The notes under the pieces are model-generated. The model saw nothing but the letters and a program-made list of their open reading frames with translations, was not told where the DNA came from and did not search any database. From positions 1-19,309 of IMG/VR virus record IMGVR_UViG_2690315742_000008: a DNA stretch of 19,309 bases; one strand, given 5' to 3'. Made by a program: the position numbers and the translations under genes. This DNA comes from a virus. Taxonomy: Duplodnaviria; Heunggongvirae; Uroviricota; Caudoviricetes. The number at the start of each line of letters is the position of its first letter. Position 1 is the first letter of the stretch. Below are positions 1-6,951 of this stretch, in pieces.

Positions 1-201
1 TTACCCATTGGCGCGGCTTAAGAGCTTATTTTTGAATTCACAGTGGTCACGATATAACCATCTTGCTCGCCCGTGGATAACTTTGGCTTTTGGCAGGTCG
101 CCGGACTTAATCCGGTCGTAGATGAAGGTTTTACCGAAGCCAGTATCGGCCATGATGAATTTCAAATCAACCAGTGAATCAGGTTGTAGTTCGTGTTGCA
201 T
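1..201 (-). CDS. Excisionase / AlpA-family phage DNA-binding protein (Xis-like), 66 aa; its stop codon is the first 3 nt of the window, so integrase is expected just left of the window
   Basis: Complete minus-strand ORF with ATG at 199-201 and SD GGAGAT 7 nt upstream. Small basic protein with an AlpA/Xis-like pattern (…FIYDRIKSGDLPKAKVIHGRARWLYRDHCEF). Position at the far left of the early-left operon. Confidence 0.55.
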   Translation of the reverse strand: MQHELQPDSLVDLKFIMADTGFGKTFIYDRIKSGDLPKAKVIHGRARWLYRDHCEFKNKLLSRANG

Positions 202-243
202 GAGTGCTATCTCCGAATAGGGAATCGAACCTGCAAATCAGGC

Positions 244-266
244 AATAAAAAACCGCCATCAGGCGG
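244..266 (-). terminator. Candidate intrinsic terminator (minus strand): CCGCC-TGAT-GGCGG stem-loop followed by TTTTTTATT
   Basis: Read directly on the minus strand; the hairpin overlaps the stop codon of the 259..426 gene. Short 5-bp GC stem. Confidence 0.45.
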
Positions 267-426
267 CTTGGTGTTCTTTCAGTTCTTCAATACAAATATT
301 GGTTACGTCTGCATGTGCTATCTGCACCCATAGCATCCAGTGGTCATAGCAGTCGTTGATGTTCTCTGCTTCGATAACTCTGTTGAATGGTTCTCCATTC
401 CATTCACCTGTGACTCGGAAGTGCAT
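259..426 (-). CDS. Small hypothetical early-left protein, 55 aa (MHFRVTGEWNGEPFNRVIEAENINDCYDHWMLWVQIAHADVTNICIEELKEHQAA)
   Basis: ORF below the 60-aa track cutoff, found by hand. ATG at 424-426 with GGAG 7 nt upstream, TGA at 259-261, terminator immediately after. Confidence 0.5.
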   Translation of the reverse strand: MHFRVTGEWNGEPFNRVIEAENINDCYDHWMLWVQIAHADVTNICIEELKEHQAA

Positions 427-439
427 TTATCATCTCCAT

Positions 440-464
440 AAAACAAAACTCGCCGTAGCGAGTT
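440..464 (-). terminator. Candidate intrinsic terminator (minus strand): AACTCGC-TACG-GCGAGTT followed by TTGTTTT
   Basis: 7-bp perfect stem with tetraloop and T-rich tail on the minus strand, between the 28-aa ORF and the 55-aa gene. Confidence 0.5.
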
Positions 465-527
465 CAGATAAAAGAAATCCCCGTCAGTGCGAGGATTGTT
501 AGTTGCGCTCTGCTGCTTCCTTGGTCA

Positions 528-614
528 TTACCATATCCACCAAACTTCACCAGACATGATTCTCGCAATCACTATCATCACCAAAGTGATAATCACAACT
601 TTAACTGGCGGCAT
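528..614 (-). CDS. Possible 28-aa hydrophobic peptide (MPPVKVVIITLVMIVIARIMSGEVWWIW), start overlapping the stop of the upstream gene (TGATG)
   Basis: Hand-found ORF; ATG shares one base with the TGA of the 614..1468 gene. Single predicted transmembrane-like stretch. No independent support. Confidence 0.3.
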   Translation of the reverse strand: MPPVKVVIITLVMIVIARIMSGEVWWIW

Positions 615-1468
615 CATTCACCATCCTGCTCCGGCGGTTCAGGAATCGCCATCCATCTGATTACATCGCAATTACGTAGGCCGATGTCATCTCCAAGCCA
701 TCCTTGACCTTCAGACCAGCATTGCACGTAATACCCGTCTGCGGCGTCAACTACGCACCACTGCGCGTCGTCCGGCATTCGCTCACTACAGCTTATCCAG
801 CCATCCGGAGTTACCGGATAGTTGCCCGATAGCGCATTACGCAATCGCTCCAGATTCACGTATTCCTGAACCCTGTTTCCGTCGCATGCCTGAAGCCATT
901 GCGCAGCCTTTTGCGCATCAGTGTGAAAGGCACAAGTGCGACCGTCATCAAATTGCATTTCGTAGAGGTCAGCAACTTGTTCAAACTGCGTATGTTGTGA
1001 CTTGTAAGTTTGGCTTACAGGTTCGGCACCATGAAGCATGGCGTCGCTCCGCTCTATGCCATCCAGCGCGATTCGCAGTGCCTGAATTGTGGTAGAGCTA
1101 TCGTTTGGGGCTATTCCATATCGCTCGAATACAGCTAAATGGTTGCGCATAATCTCAGGCGTAAGCTCTTTGTAAGCATAAGCAAGAGGCTCTGATGCAT
1201 TATCCGGCACAACCGACGCAGGCGCGGCAGCATAAACAGGAATAACGTCCGATTGATCTTTATTGCTTTCATCCGTCAAAGCCCAGAATAATTTTCCGGC
1301 CGGATGTTTGAAAATATAAGCAACTGGCTCTGCTTCCAGTGATGCCAGTGCAATTCGTGCCAGTTCCCTAAGATTTTCGCTATATGGTGAAGTATTATCA
1401 CGATGGATTATGTGGTTAGCTGTATCTATGAGAATTTGCTTTTGTTCTTCTCTGTTCATAGTGGTCAT
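614..1468 (-). CDS. DUF551-domain phage protein, 284 aa
   Basis: C-terminal PDGW…W…ERMPDD…W segment is typical of DUF551 proteins found in lambdoid early-left regions. ATG at 1466-1468 with AGGAG 6 nt upstream. Confidence 0.65.
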   Translation of the reverse strand: MTTMNREEQKQILIDTANHIIHRDNTSPYSENLRELARIALASLEAEPVAYIFKHPAGKLFWALTDESNKDQSDVIPVYAAAPASVVPDNASEPLAYAYKELTPEIMRNHLAVFERYGIAPNDSSTTIQALRIALDGIERSDAMLHGAEPVSQTYKSQHTQFEQVADLYEMQFDDGRTCAFHTDAQKAAQWLQACDGNRVQEYVNLERLRNALSGNYPVTPDGWISCSERMPDDAQWCVVDAADGYYVQCWSEGQGWLGDDIGLRNCDVIRWMAIPEPPEQDGE

Positions 1469-1469
1469 C

Positions 1470-2285
1470 TCACTCTCCTTTGATGCGAATGCCAGCGGCG
1501 CGGATTGCAGCGATGACTTCAGAAACTTTGTATGCCATTACCGTTTGGTAATCATCGTGAAAATCTGTTCGATGAAGCATGCTGCTACGTTCTGGGAGCG
1601 ATATTTCCCGAGCATCCAGTTCCTTAACGCGTTCCTCCAGTTCGTAGACCCTGCATTGTTCTCTATCATCAATCAGATATAACCCAAGACATTCGCTTTC
1701 TACCCAACCGCCAAAATCATGATCGTAACGCTCACATGAAAACTCACCGTCACCGTCCTTTGTTGGAATGGTGTAACTATCTAATGGGCCACCATATGTC
1801 GGCACATTTCCCAATGTTGGATGCTCAATCCACATGAAAAATGCACGTCCGGTTATTGGGCAAATATCTGGCCGCCATTGGTCACGAACAGCCTTGGTTT
1901 CGGATAATTCTTCAGCGTGTTGTTTTACTTCCTCAAGCTCAACTCTCAGCTTCCCTACCGTTAGCGCAATATCCTCGTTCTCCTGATCGCGGCGTTTGAT
2001 GTATTGCTGGTTTCTTTCCAGTTCATCCAGTAATGCCAGCACGGTAGCCGGATTGGCTGCGGCGATGAATTCAGCATTGGTCTGCTGTTCCATTTGGAAA
2101 TCTTCATCGAAACCGCTTTCAGGATGCGCTCCTTCAATTCTGCAAATGGGAAGATATCCAACAACTTCACGATGAATTAGCGCATCACCAGCATCAAATC
2201 TCTCCTCTCCATATTCGAGCGACCACACGCCACACGTTGCTTTCTCTGCCTTTTCACGCAGTGCCTGATAGTTAATTTTGGTCAT
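1470..2285 (-). CDS. ea22: Ead/Ea22-like protein, 271 aa
   Basis: N-terminus MTKINYQALREKAEKAT… and the FIAAANPATVLALLDELE segment match the Ea22/Ead family pattern as recalled. ATG 2283-2285 with GGTGA SD; its stop lies 1 nt from the next start. Confidence 0.7.
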   Translation of the reverse strand: MTKINYQALREKAEKATCGVWSLEYGEERFDAGDALIHREVVGYLPICRIEGAHPESGFDEDFQMEQQTNAEFIAAANPATVLALLDELERNQQYIKRRDQENEDIALTVGKLRVELEEVKQHAEELSETKAVRDQWRPDICPITGRAFFMWIEHPTLGNVPTYGGPLDSYTIPTKDGDGEFSCERYDHDFGGWVESECLGLYLIDDREQCRVYELEERVKELDAREISLPERSSMLHRTDFHDDYQTVMAYKVSEVIAAIRAAGIRIKGE

Positions 2286-2286
2286 A

Positions 2287-2586
2287 TCACATCACCCTGA
2301 AGCCGTTGCATTTACGTAAGAAATCGCAGATATAGCCCTTCATTTTTTCATGCCAATCTCGATCATTCCCATTGCACCAACCATCAGGTGGAGTCCAGTT
2401 TTCTATCAGAGCAGCCATTTTCTTTGCTTTCGCCGGAGTAGCTGTTGCGGTATCGCAGTAATGACGAGTGTCAACCAACGCATCCATACCATCGATATCA
2501 AGTACGCAAAACCATGTGTGATTCGGAATTCCTACAGGTGGTATTTGTTGCCCACGTCGACGTTTATCAATAAGATATACACTCAC
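2287..2586 (-). CDS. Hypothetical protein, about 99 aa, probably starting at the GTG at 2584-2586 rather than the track start at 2607
   Basis: The in-frame GTG at 2586 has AAAGGAGG 6 nt upstream and forms a 4-nt GTGA overlap with the stop of the upstream gene. The track start at 2607 is also a GTG but has no SD. Confidence 0.45.
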   Translation of the reverse strand: MSVYLIDKRRRGQQIPPVGIPNHTWFCVLDIDGMDALVDTRHYCDTATATPAKAKKMAALIENWTPPDGWCNGNDRDWHEKMKGYICDFLRKCNGFRVM

Positions 2587-2768
2587 TGGTTGCCTCCTTT
2601 GCGCCACATCGCATTCAGATATTTGTTGTCATTAACAGAACCGAAACTCTTTCTTTTAAGCAATTCCTCTCTCGATGGCATTGGCTTTACGCGTTGGCGA
2701 ATAATCATTTCTGCCGGAAGAATGCCGGGATTGTATGCAAGTCCTCTCATGGAAAATTCCTCAGTCAT
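2583..2768 (-). CDS. Hypothetical protein, 61 aa ([61 protein letters not shown])
   Basis: Start chosen at the ATG that overlaps the TGA of the 2761..3054 gene (ATGACTGA). The track start at 2900 would overlap the upstream gene by 140 nt. Confidence 0.45.
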   Translation of the reverse strand: MTEEFSMRGLAYNPGILPAEMIIRQRVKPMPSREELLKRKSFGSVNDNKYLNAMWRKGGNQ

Positions 2769-3054
2769 TACTGATAGCGCCATAGCGTGAGCGGTAATTA
2801 CGCAGGCGCGGGTCAATTTCAGGGAAGTGGGTATATGTGGCTTTGCGGAATGGTCGGATTGATGTCTGGTAAATTCGCTCGCGTTCTTCTTTCTCTGCAA
2901 GCCATATACAATGGCGAAATTCCTTTTCCTCTTTCGTTTCCTGCGGTAGCGACATTATCCTGTCGTAGTTTTTCCTGAATTTATCCAGCACCTCCGATAC
3001 GGAATTGCCGGAACAGCGGCGCGCGTCGTCCGCACCATACAGAGGCGCTGGCAT
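2761..3054 (-). CDS. Hypothetical protein, 97 aa
   Basis: ORF with ATG at 3052-3054, in the tight minus-strand gene train. No recognisable motif. Confidence 0.45.
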   Translation of the reverse strand: MPAPLYGADDARRCSGNSVSEVLDKFRKNYDRIMSLPQETKEEKEFRHCIWLAEKEERERIYQTSIRPFRKATYTHFPEIDPRLRNYRSRYGAISND

Positions 3055-3077
3055 AATGGGAGCCTTATTTTCAGTAA

Positions 3078-3665
3078 TCAGAAAGGAGGGTAATCGTTCT
3101 GGCTGTAACCATAATCATCTGCATGATTCTGGCTTACGTTTTTAGAGCGATTGTCTTTATCTTTGAGGCTGGCAACCATGTTGGCGATAGTTTCTGGTTG
3201 CTTGCCTTCCGCCTTTTCTTTAAGGGTTTGACCTGTTTTTGCAATAAACGGGATGCGTATTTCCATCTGGTAGCTGTCTGCGCCAGTCTTTTTGTTTGTG
3301 GTTAATACTTTCTGGAGCACTAACCCGATTTTCTTTCCATGAAATTCAGGAGCAACAAATTTACTGGCGGAAACCATATGTTGCGTTAATTGTCCAATCC
3401 CGGCACACCCCATCATGGCGTGGACGACATTTGCGCCAAATTTATTTTCCGTTCCGTCATTTTTCTGAACACAGACGCTAAGATATTGGATTTTACGTCC
3501 GTCGTCGGATTCGCCAGAAAACTCAATAAATTTGGCTCCTTTTTCTGATTGCTTTAGTTCTGCTTCAGTAATGGTAATGATATGAGCGCCAGTTTCGTTA
3601 ATAAAACCACCTTGCCCTGCGGTCAGTGCTGCTTCTTCGTTATAAGTAAAAATCACGTTGCTCAT
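3078..3665 (-). CDS. SSB-like (DUF669-like) protein, 195 aa, partner of the upstream Sak4-like ATPase; C-terminus ends in an acidic/aromatic …DDYGYSQNDYPPF tail resembling the SSB C-terminal tip
   Basis: 4-nt ATGA overlap with the Sak4-like gene. The Sak4 plus DUF669 pairing is a recurrent phage arrangement (recalled). C-terminal PF tip read directly. Confidence 0.6.
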   Translation of the reverse strand: MSNVIFTYNEEAALTAGQGGFINETGAHIITITEAELKQSEKGAKFIEFSGESDDGRKIQYLSVCVQKNDGTENKFGANVVHAMMGCAGIGQLTQHMVSASKFVAPEFHGKKIGLVLQKVLTTNKKTGADSYQMEIRIPFIAKTGQTLKEKAEGKQPETIANMVASLKDKDNRSKNVSQNHADDYGYSQNDYPPF

Positions 3666-4342
3666 GCGGCGTTTTCCTTAATTTGATGAACATTATTGAT
3701 GCCGTAGTAATCACAAACAGTGGCATCGACGAAAGAGAGATCGTTATCAATCTCATTGGAGTCAAACATTCCCATTGGGGATTTAACAGTGTCTGCACCG
3801 TTGTTTTTTGTGGTGAAAAAGAACTGGTCATCACGGGTAAGGGTGCGAAGAACTATAGTAAACATGCCTTCGACAGTGATTTTCTCGTCCAGCATTTTGC
3901 CGATAGTTTTCATTTTCACGCGCCCTATAGGGGTTTCTTCGGTGTGTGCAAGAAAATAGACTCTCAGGTCATCAGGTGCATCCTGTGCAGCCTTAATCAC
4001 CTCCCATGCGTGGCGGCCTATCTCAGTAAATTTATCAAACGATTTTTCTTCTGAGCGGCGCATAAACTCATTGCTCATCACATACTGGAAGTCATCAACA
4101 ATAACGATTCTTTTCCCGTATTCGTGAGCACGCTTAATTACGGCAACTATTACGTCCCATTTGTCAGTGGTAACTACGGTTCCTTTTTTTGCTCTGGCAT
4201 CCCATGCAAGCCAGTCTTTTGATTTAAATGGTAGCGGCTTGCCTATTGGTTTTATAAGTATTGCTTCCTCTGGATTGATATTTCTCATGCTGGTTGATTT
4301 TCCGGTGCCAGACTCACCGAGTATTAATGTCGCAGTTCCCAT
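3662..4342 (-). CDS. Sak4-like RecA-fold ATPase (phage recombination / single-strand annealing ATPase), 226 aa
   Basis: Walker A GESGTGKST near the N-terminus and Walker B RIVIVDD read directly. Size and position (where lambda carries bet/exo) fit Sak4. GAGGTG SD. Confidence 0.7.
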   Translation of the reverse strand: MGTATLILGESGTGKSTSMRNINPEEAILIKPIGKPLPFKSKDWLAWDARAKKGTVVTTDKWDVIVAVIKRAHEYGKRIVIVDDFQYVMSNEFMRRSEEKSFDKFTEIGRHAWEVIKAAQDAPDDLRVYFLAHTEETPIGRVKMKTIGKMLDEKITVEGMFTIVLRTLTRDDQFFFTTKNNGADTVKSPMGMFDSNEIDNDLSFVDATVCDYYGINNVHQIKENAA

Positions 4343-4350
4343 AATTCACC

Positions 4351-4539
4351 TCAGAATGGTAATTCGGATGGGGCGGAAAGAAATTCGCGCTCATTCATGC
4401 GCTCTCTTTGTGCCTGCCATAAGCAAAGTTGTTTCTTTGATTTATCTCCCGCTTTACGCCAGTAACGAGCCTCAGCAATGTGATACTCTCTTTTTAATCG
4501 GCTTAACTCTGGGGTTTTCGCCAGTTCTACCGGAATCAT
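4351..4539 (-). CDS. Hypothetical protein, 62 aa (MIPVELAKTPELSRLKREYHIAEARYWRKAGDKSKKQLCLWQAQRERMNEREFLSAPSELPF)
   Basis: Start re-picked to the second ATG (4537-4539), which has GGAGG 5 nt upstream and an ATGA overlap with the kil-like stop; the track start at 4551 has no SD. Confidence 0.5.
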   Translation of the reverse strand: MIPVELAKTPELSRLKREYHIAEARYWRKAGDKSKKQLCLWQAQRERMNEREFLSAPSELPF

Positions 4540-4649
4540 TTTGACCTCCATTTTCTGTAGGCTTCGATGGCCTCACGAAACATCTTTTCATCGCCAATAA
4601 AAGTGGCGATAGTGAATTTAGTCTGGATAGCCATAAGTGTTTTATCCAT
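4536..4649 (-). CDS. kil: Kil-like host cell-division inhibitor, 37 aa (MDKTLMAIQTKFTIATFIGDEKMFREAIEAYRKWRSK)
   Basis: Closely resembles the lambda Kil N-terminus as recalled; overlaps the cIII stop as in lambda. Shorter than lambda Kil (47 aa, recalled). Confidence 0.65.
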   Translation of the reverse strand: MDKTLMAIQTKFTIATFIGDEKMFREAIEAYRKWRSK

Positions 4650-4782
4650 TTTTGGGAACTCCTGGCTGATTAAGTACGTCGATGAGTCGTTTCCATCCGT
4701 CACGTAATTTACGGGTGATTCGTTCAAGTAAAGATTCGGAAGGGCAGCCAGCAACAGGCCACCCTGCAATGGCATATTGCAT
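4642..4782 (-). CDS. cIII: CIII (FtsH/HflB inhibitor that stabilises CII), 46 aa
   Basis: MQYAIAGWPVAGCPSESLLERITRKLRDGWKRLIDVLNQPGVPKNG matches lambda CIII residues 1-46 almost exactly (recalled). AAGGAG SD 6 nt upstream of the ATG at 4780-4782. The track ORF is over-extended upstream. Confidence 0.85.
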   Translation of the reverse strand: MQYAIAGWPVAGCPSESLLERITRKLRDGWKRLIDVLNQPGVPKNG

Positions 4783-4842
4783 GGTGTGCTCCTTATTTAT
4801 ACATAACGAAAAACGCCTCGAGTGAAGCGTTATTGGTATGCA

Positions 4843-4869
4843 TATAAAAAGGCCCTCACACTGGAGGGC
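4843..4869 (-). terminator. Intrinsic terminator (minus strand): GCCCTC-CAGTGT-GAGGGC followed by CTTTTTAT
   Basis: 6-bp GC-rich stem plus T-run read directly. Lies between ral and cIII, where lambda has tL terminators that N overrides. Confidence 0.6.
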
Positions 4870-5005
4870 AAAGAAGATTTCCAATAATCAGAACAAGTCG
4901 GCTCCTGTTTAGTTACGAGCGACATTGCTCCGTGTATTCACTCGTTGGAATGAATACACAGTGCAGTGTTTATTCTGTTGTTTATGCCAAAAATAAAGGC
5001 CACCA

Positions 5006-5206
5006 TTAGGCAGCCTTGTTGTTCAGTTCACCAAGTTCTCTGGCAATCATTGCCGTCGTTCGTATTGCCCATTTATCGACATATTTCCCATCTTCCATTA
5101 CAGGGAACATTTCTTCAGGCTTAACCATGCATTCCGATTGCAGCTTGCATCCATTGCATCGTTTGAATTGTCCACACCATTGATTTTTATCAATAGTCGT
5201 AGTCAT
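5006..5206 (-). CDS. ral: Ral-like restriction-alleviation protein, 66 aa, four Cys (C11, C17, C20, C26)
   Basis: MTTTIDKNQWCGQFKRCNGCKLQSEC… matches lambda Ral as recalled (66 aa). Lies immediately downstream of N as in lambda. Confidence 0.65.
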   Translation of the reverse strand: MTTTIDKNQWCGQFKRCNGCKLQSECMVKPEEMFPVMEDGKYVDKWAIRTTAMIARELGELNNKAA

Positions 5207-5276
5207 AAGGATAGTCCTGGTATTGTTCCATCACATCCTGAGGATGCTCTTCGAACTCTTCAAATTCTTCTTCCAT
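5190..5276 (-). CDS. Small acidic 28-aa ORF (MEEEFEEFEEHPQDVMEQYQDYPYDYDY), lambda orf28-like by position and length
   Basis: Hand-found. ATG at 5274-5276 with GAGGTGA SD inside the 3' end of N; overlaps the ral start by 17 nt. Confidence 0.35.
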   Translation of the reverse strand: MEEEFEEFEEHPQDVMEQYQDYPYDYDY

Positions 5277-5284
5277 ATCTCACC

Positions 5285-5584
5285 TCAAATAAGTGGTTTG
5301 CTGCCTAATTTCATTTTCTGGCGACCAACACAAGTCACACCCATTTCACTGCGTGGCTTGCGGTAGTAAATACGGTTCTGTTTACGCTCGACTTCTTCTG
5401 CCTTCTTGCAGCAAAGGCTTCCTAGTGATGCTGCTTTGTCTGCTCTGACGCAACCAGAGAGCTTTAGCGCAATTTTTCGCGCCAGTCGCTGCTCTTGCAT
5501 TGCCTGTTCACGTTGAGCCTGTCTGCGTGCTCTGCGGCGATTTCTGGCGTTATCGTCAGCCAGATATGTAATGACTACTGTCAT
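5285..5584 (-). CDS. N: N-like transcription antiterminator, 99 aa
   Basis: N-terminal arginine-rich motif (NARNRRRARRQAQREQ) and a C-terminus …RKQNRIYYRKPRSEMGVTCVGRQKMKLGSKPLI matching the lambda N C-terminus (recalled). GGAGG 5 nt upstream of ATG 5582-5584; nutL upstream. Confidence 0.8.
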   Translation of the reverse strand: MTVVITYLADDNARNRRRARRQAQREQAMQEQRLARKIALKLSGCVRADKAASLGSLCCKKAEEVERKQNRIYYRKPRSEMGVTCVGRQKMKLGSKPLI

Positions 5585-5691
5585 GTTGACCTCCGATGAT
5601 TGACTTTGGCGGTGACGCGCCGGGTGCTTATCTTCCGGTTGCCGTCGTGCAGCTGCACTTCACATCACCCCAAAGCCAACTACTCTTTGGT

Positions 5692-5732
5692 TCCCGCATT
5701 TCGGCGGGACAATCCCATCAATGTTAAAGAGC
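5692..5732 (-). promoter_or_regulatory. nutL: boxA-like GCTCTTTAACA (5721-5732) followed on the leftward transcript by boxB hairpin TCCCGC-CGAAAT-GCGGGA (5692-5709)
   Basis: The boxB hairpin is identical to the one at nutR (8682-8699) and boxA matches the rrn-type boxA consensus. Read directly on the minus strand. Confidence 0.7.
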
Positions 5733-5778
5733 CTGCCAATCTGTTCCGTTTGGCTACCAGCGTCCTGCTGATGGCTTA

Positions 5779-5807
5779 AAGATAACTTAGGTTATAGGCA
5801 CGGTCAA
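5779..5807 (-). promoter_or_regulatory. Candidate pL: -35 TTGACC (5807..5802), 17-nt spacer, -10 TATCTT (5784..5779), minus strand
   Basis: Hexamers read on the minus strand. Overlapped by operator sites OL1 and OL2; about 190 nt upstream of the N start with nutL in the leader. Confidence 0.45.
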
Positions 5808-5864
5808 TAACCTAATTTATATTTTGTGGTAAATAAGTTATAAGTGATGGATAACAAAGGTATT
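5782..5864. promoter_or_regulatory. OL operator cluster: ATAAC-N4-GTTAT sites at 5782-5795 (perfect), 5807-5820 and 5851-5864 (one mismatch each)
   Basis: Same 14-bp inverted-repeat motif as the three OR sites between cI and cro; seen directly. Confidence 0.6.
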
Positions 5865-5980
5865 TTATTTTTGTAAATGTTGCTGATTGATTGGTGTTTG
5901 AGGGCTTGCGTGCGGGTGAAGTTGTTACCTTTGGCTTGATGCTTGTCTATGATGAGGATGGGTGATTGGGTGGCGATCGT

Positions 5981-6011
5981 GAGGCAAAGAAAACCCGGCG
6001 CTGAGGCCGGG
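5981..6011 (-). terminator. Intrinsic terminator (minus strand) just downstream of the cargo cassette: CCCGGC-CTCAGC-GCCGGG followed by TTTTCTTT
   Basis: 6-bp GC stem plus T-run, 8 nt after the stop of the 6019..6951 gene. Analogous in position to lambda tImm downstream of rexB. Confidence 0.65.
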
Positions 6012-6018
6012 TGAGATA

Positions 6019-6951
6019 TTAAAGAACCGATTTAACAAGATGGTTTTTACGGTACAGACCTATGCGATCATTGTGAATCTCAGTAGTCTCCACTAAAAGA
6101 GAAACAATCTGTCCGACCTTGTGTTTTTTTTGTATTAAATCTAGCATTTCAATCGGATAGGAAGCCTTTAAATGTTCACCACCAACATCAAGCTCCAGCT
6201 TCCCATATTTGGATAGAACGACCAGTTCGCCTGTAACCGTTTCAGTAATGGGAGGGGATGAAATGGTTGATGTAAGTCTACTCACCAAGTACTTAATTTT
6301 ATTGGAGTCAATAGTTGCCACCTTGGTGCCATTACTAAATGGACCGGTCCAACTTGCATCAAATGTTAAGTTGTGTTTATCGCATTCCTCTACGATTCTC
6401 TTAAGGCTTACAGTGGAATTGTATCCAATTTCAGCGACGTGATTCATGAAGTTGTTGTCGTCATCGCTTAACAACAAATCGAATATGCCTTTTACAGCCT
6501 TGCTGGGTACTGTTTCTACTAATTCTGCTATTCCTGTAGAGAAGGTGACGCCCAATTTTGTAGACCCAGGGGATAAATCAGCCAGCCTGAGGTTTAAGGA
6601 GCTTTTCACGTCGTAGGGAACTTTTTTTGAGTCCTTGCCTGAGGCAATTTTGTGTGTTGCTCTTTGTATTAGCGCTGCAAGATTTGTTGAAATAGCCCCA
6701 AGCAGCTCTAAAGGAATAGAGCCAAAGTCAACCTCAGAGCCTTTCAGCCGCAGCTCAAAAAAATCGATAAGTGGGTGCCGACTATCTTGCTTTAATTTTT
6801 CGGCCTTCAAATCGCTCAGATGAGAATCCATGGAGCGATAAAGAAGCATGTCAGCAAAGGACCTGGTTTTGTTTTGCTTCATTGCATCGACTTCTTTTTG
6901 AATGAAATCAATGCGTTTATCGCAATTTTTAAACATTGATTTATCATTCAT
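6019..6951 (-). CDS. Hypothetical protein B of the cI-proximal cargo cassette, 310 aa, no recognisable motif
   Basis: ATG 6949-6951 overlaps the stop of gene A (ATGA) and has GAGGA 7 nt upstream. AT-rich by eye compared with the flanking N and cI genes. Terminator immediately downstream. Confidence 0.6.
   Translation of the reverse strand: MNDKSMFKNCDKRIDFIQKEVDAMKQNKTRSFADMLLYRSMDSHLSDLKAEKLKQDSRHPLIDFFELRLKGSEVDFGSIPLELLGAISTNLAALIQRATHKIASGKDSKKVPYDVKSSLNLRLADLSPGSTKLGVTFSTGIAELVETVPSKAVKGIFDLLLSDDDNNFMNHVAEIGYNSTVSLKRIVEECDKHNLTFDASWTGPFSNGTKVATIDSNKIKYLVSRLTSTISSPPITETVTGELVVLSKYGKLELDVGGEHLKASYPIEMLDLIQKKHKVGQIVSLLVETTEIHNDRIGLYRKNHLVKSVL

Noticed and set aside
219-236. Reverse-complement T-loop-like string GGTTCGATTCC on the minus strand upstream of xis
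   Set aside because: The flanks do not form a T-stem (only 2 bp) or an acceptor stem; it sits inside the xis SD/leader region. Judged coincidental.
1961-2170. Minus-strand 69-aa ORF nested in a different frame inside the Ea22-like gene
   Set aside because: Fully embedded in a longer, well-supported ORF; no independent start signals.
3640-3834. Minus-strand 64-aa ORF overlapping the Sak4-like gene 3' end
   Set aside because: Out-of-frame overlap with a protein that has clear Walker motifs; no SD.
886-4544. Plus-strand track ORFs lying inside the minus-strand early-left gene train (886..1095, 1410..1682, 2350..2790, 2787..2978, 3123..3305, 3296..3481, 3683..4054, 3720..3959, 4161..4544)
   Set aside because: All are antisense to well-supported, tightly coupled minus-strand genes and have no SD or operon logic; treated as shadow ORFs.
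4642-4884. Track ORF extending cIII upstream to 4884 (80 aa)
   Set aside because: The extension runs through the terminator hairpin at 4843-4869 and has no SD; the ATG at 4782 with AAGGAG gives the lambda-like 46-aa CIII.
6209-6823. Plus-strand ORFs 6209..6442 and 6635..6823 inside cassette gene B; minus-strand ORF 7157..7351 inside gene A
   Set aside because: Antisense or nested relative to the coupled A-B pair; no start signals.
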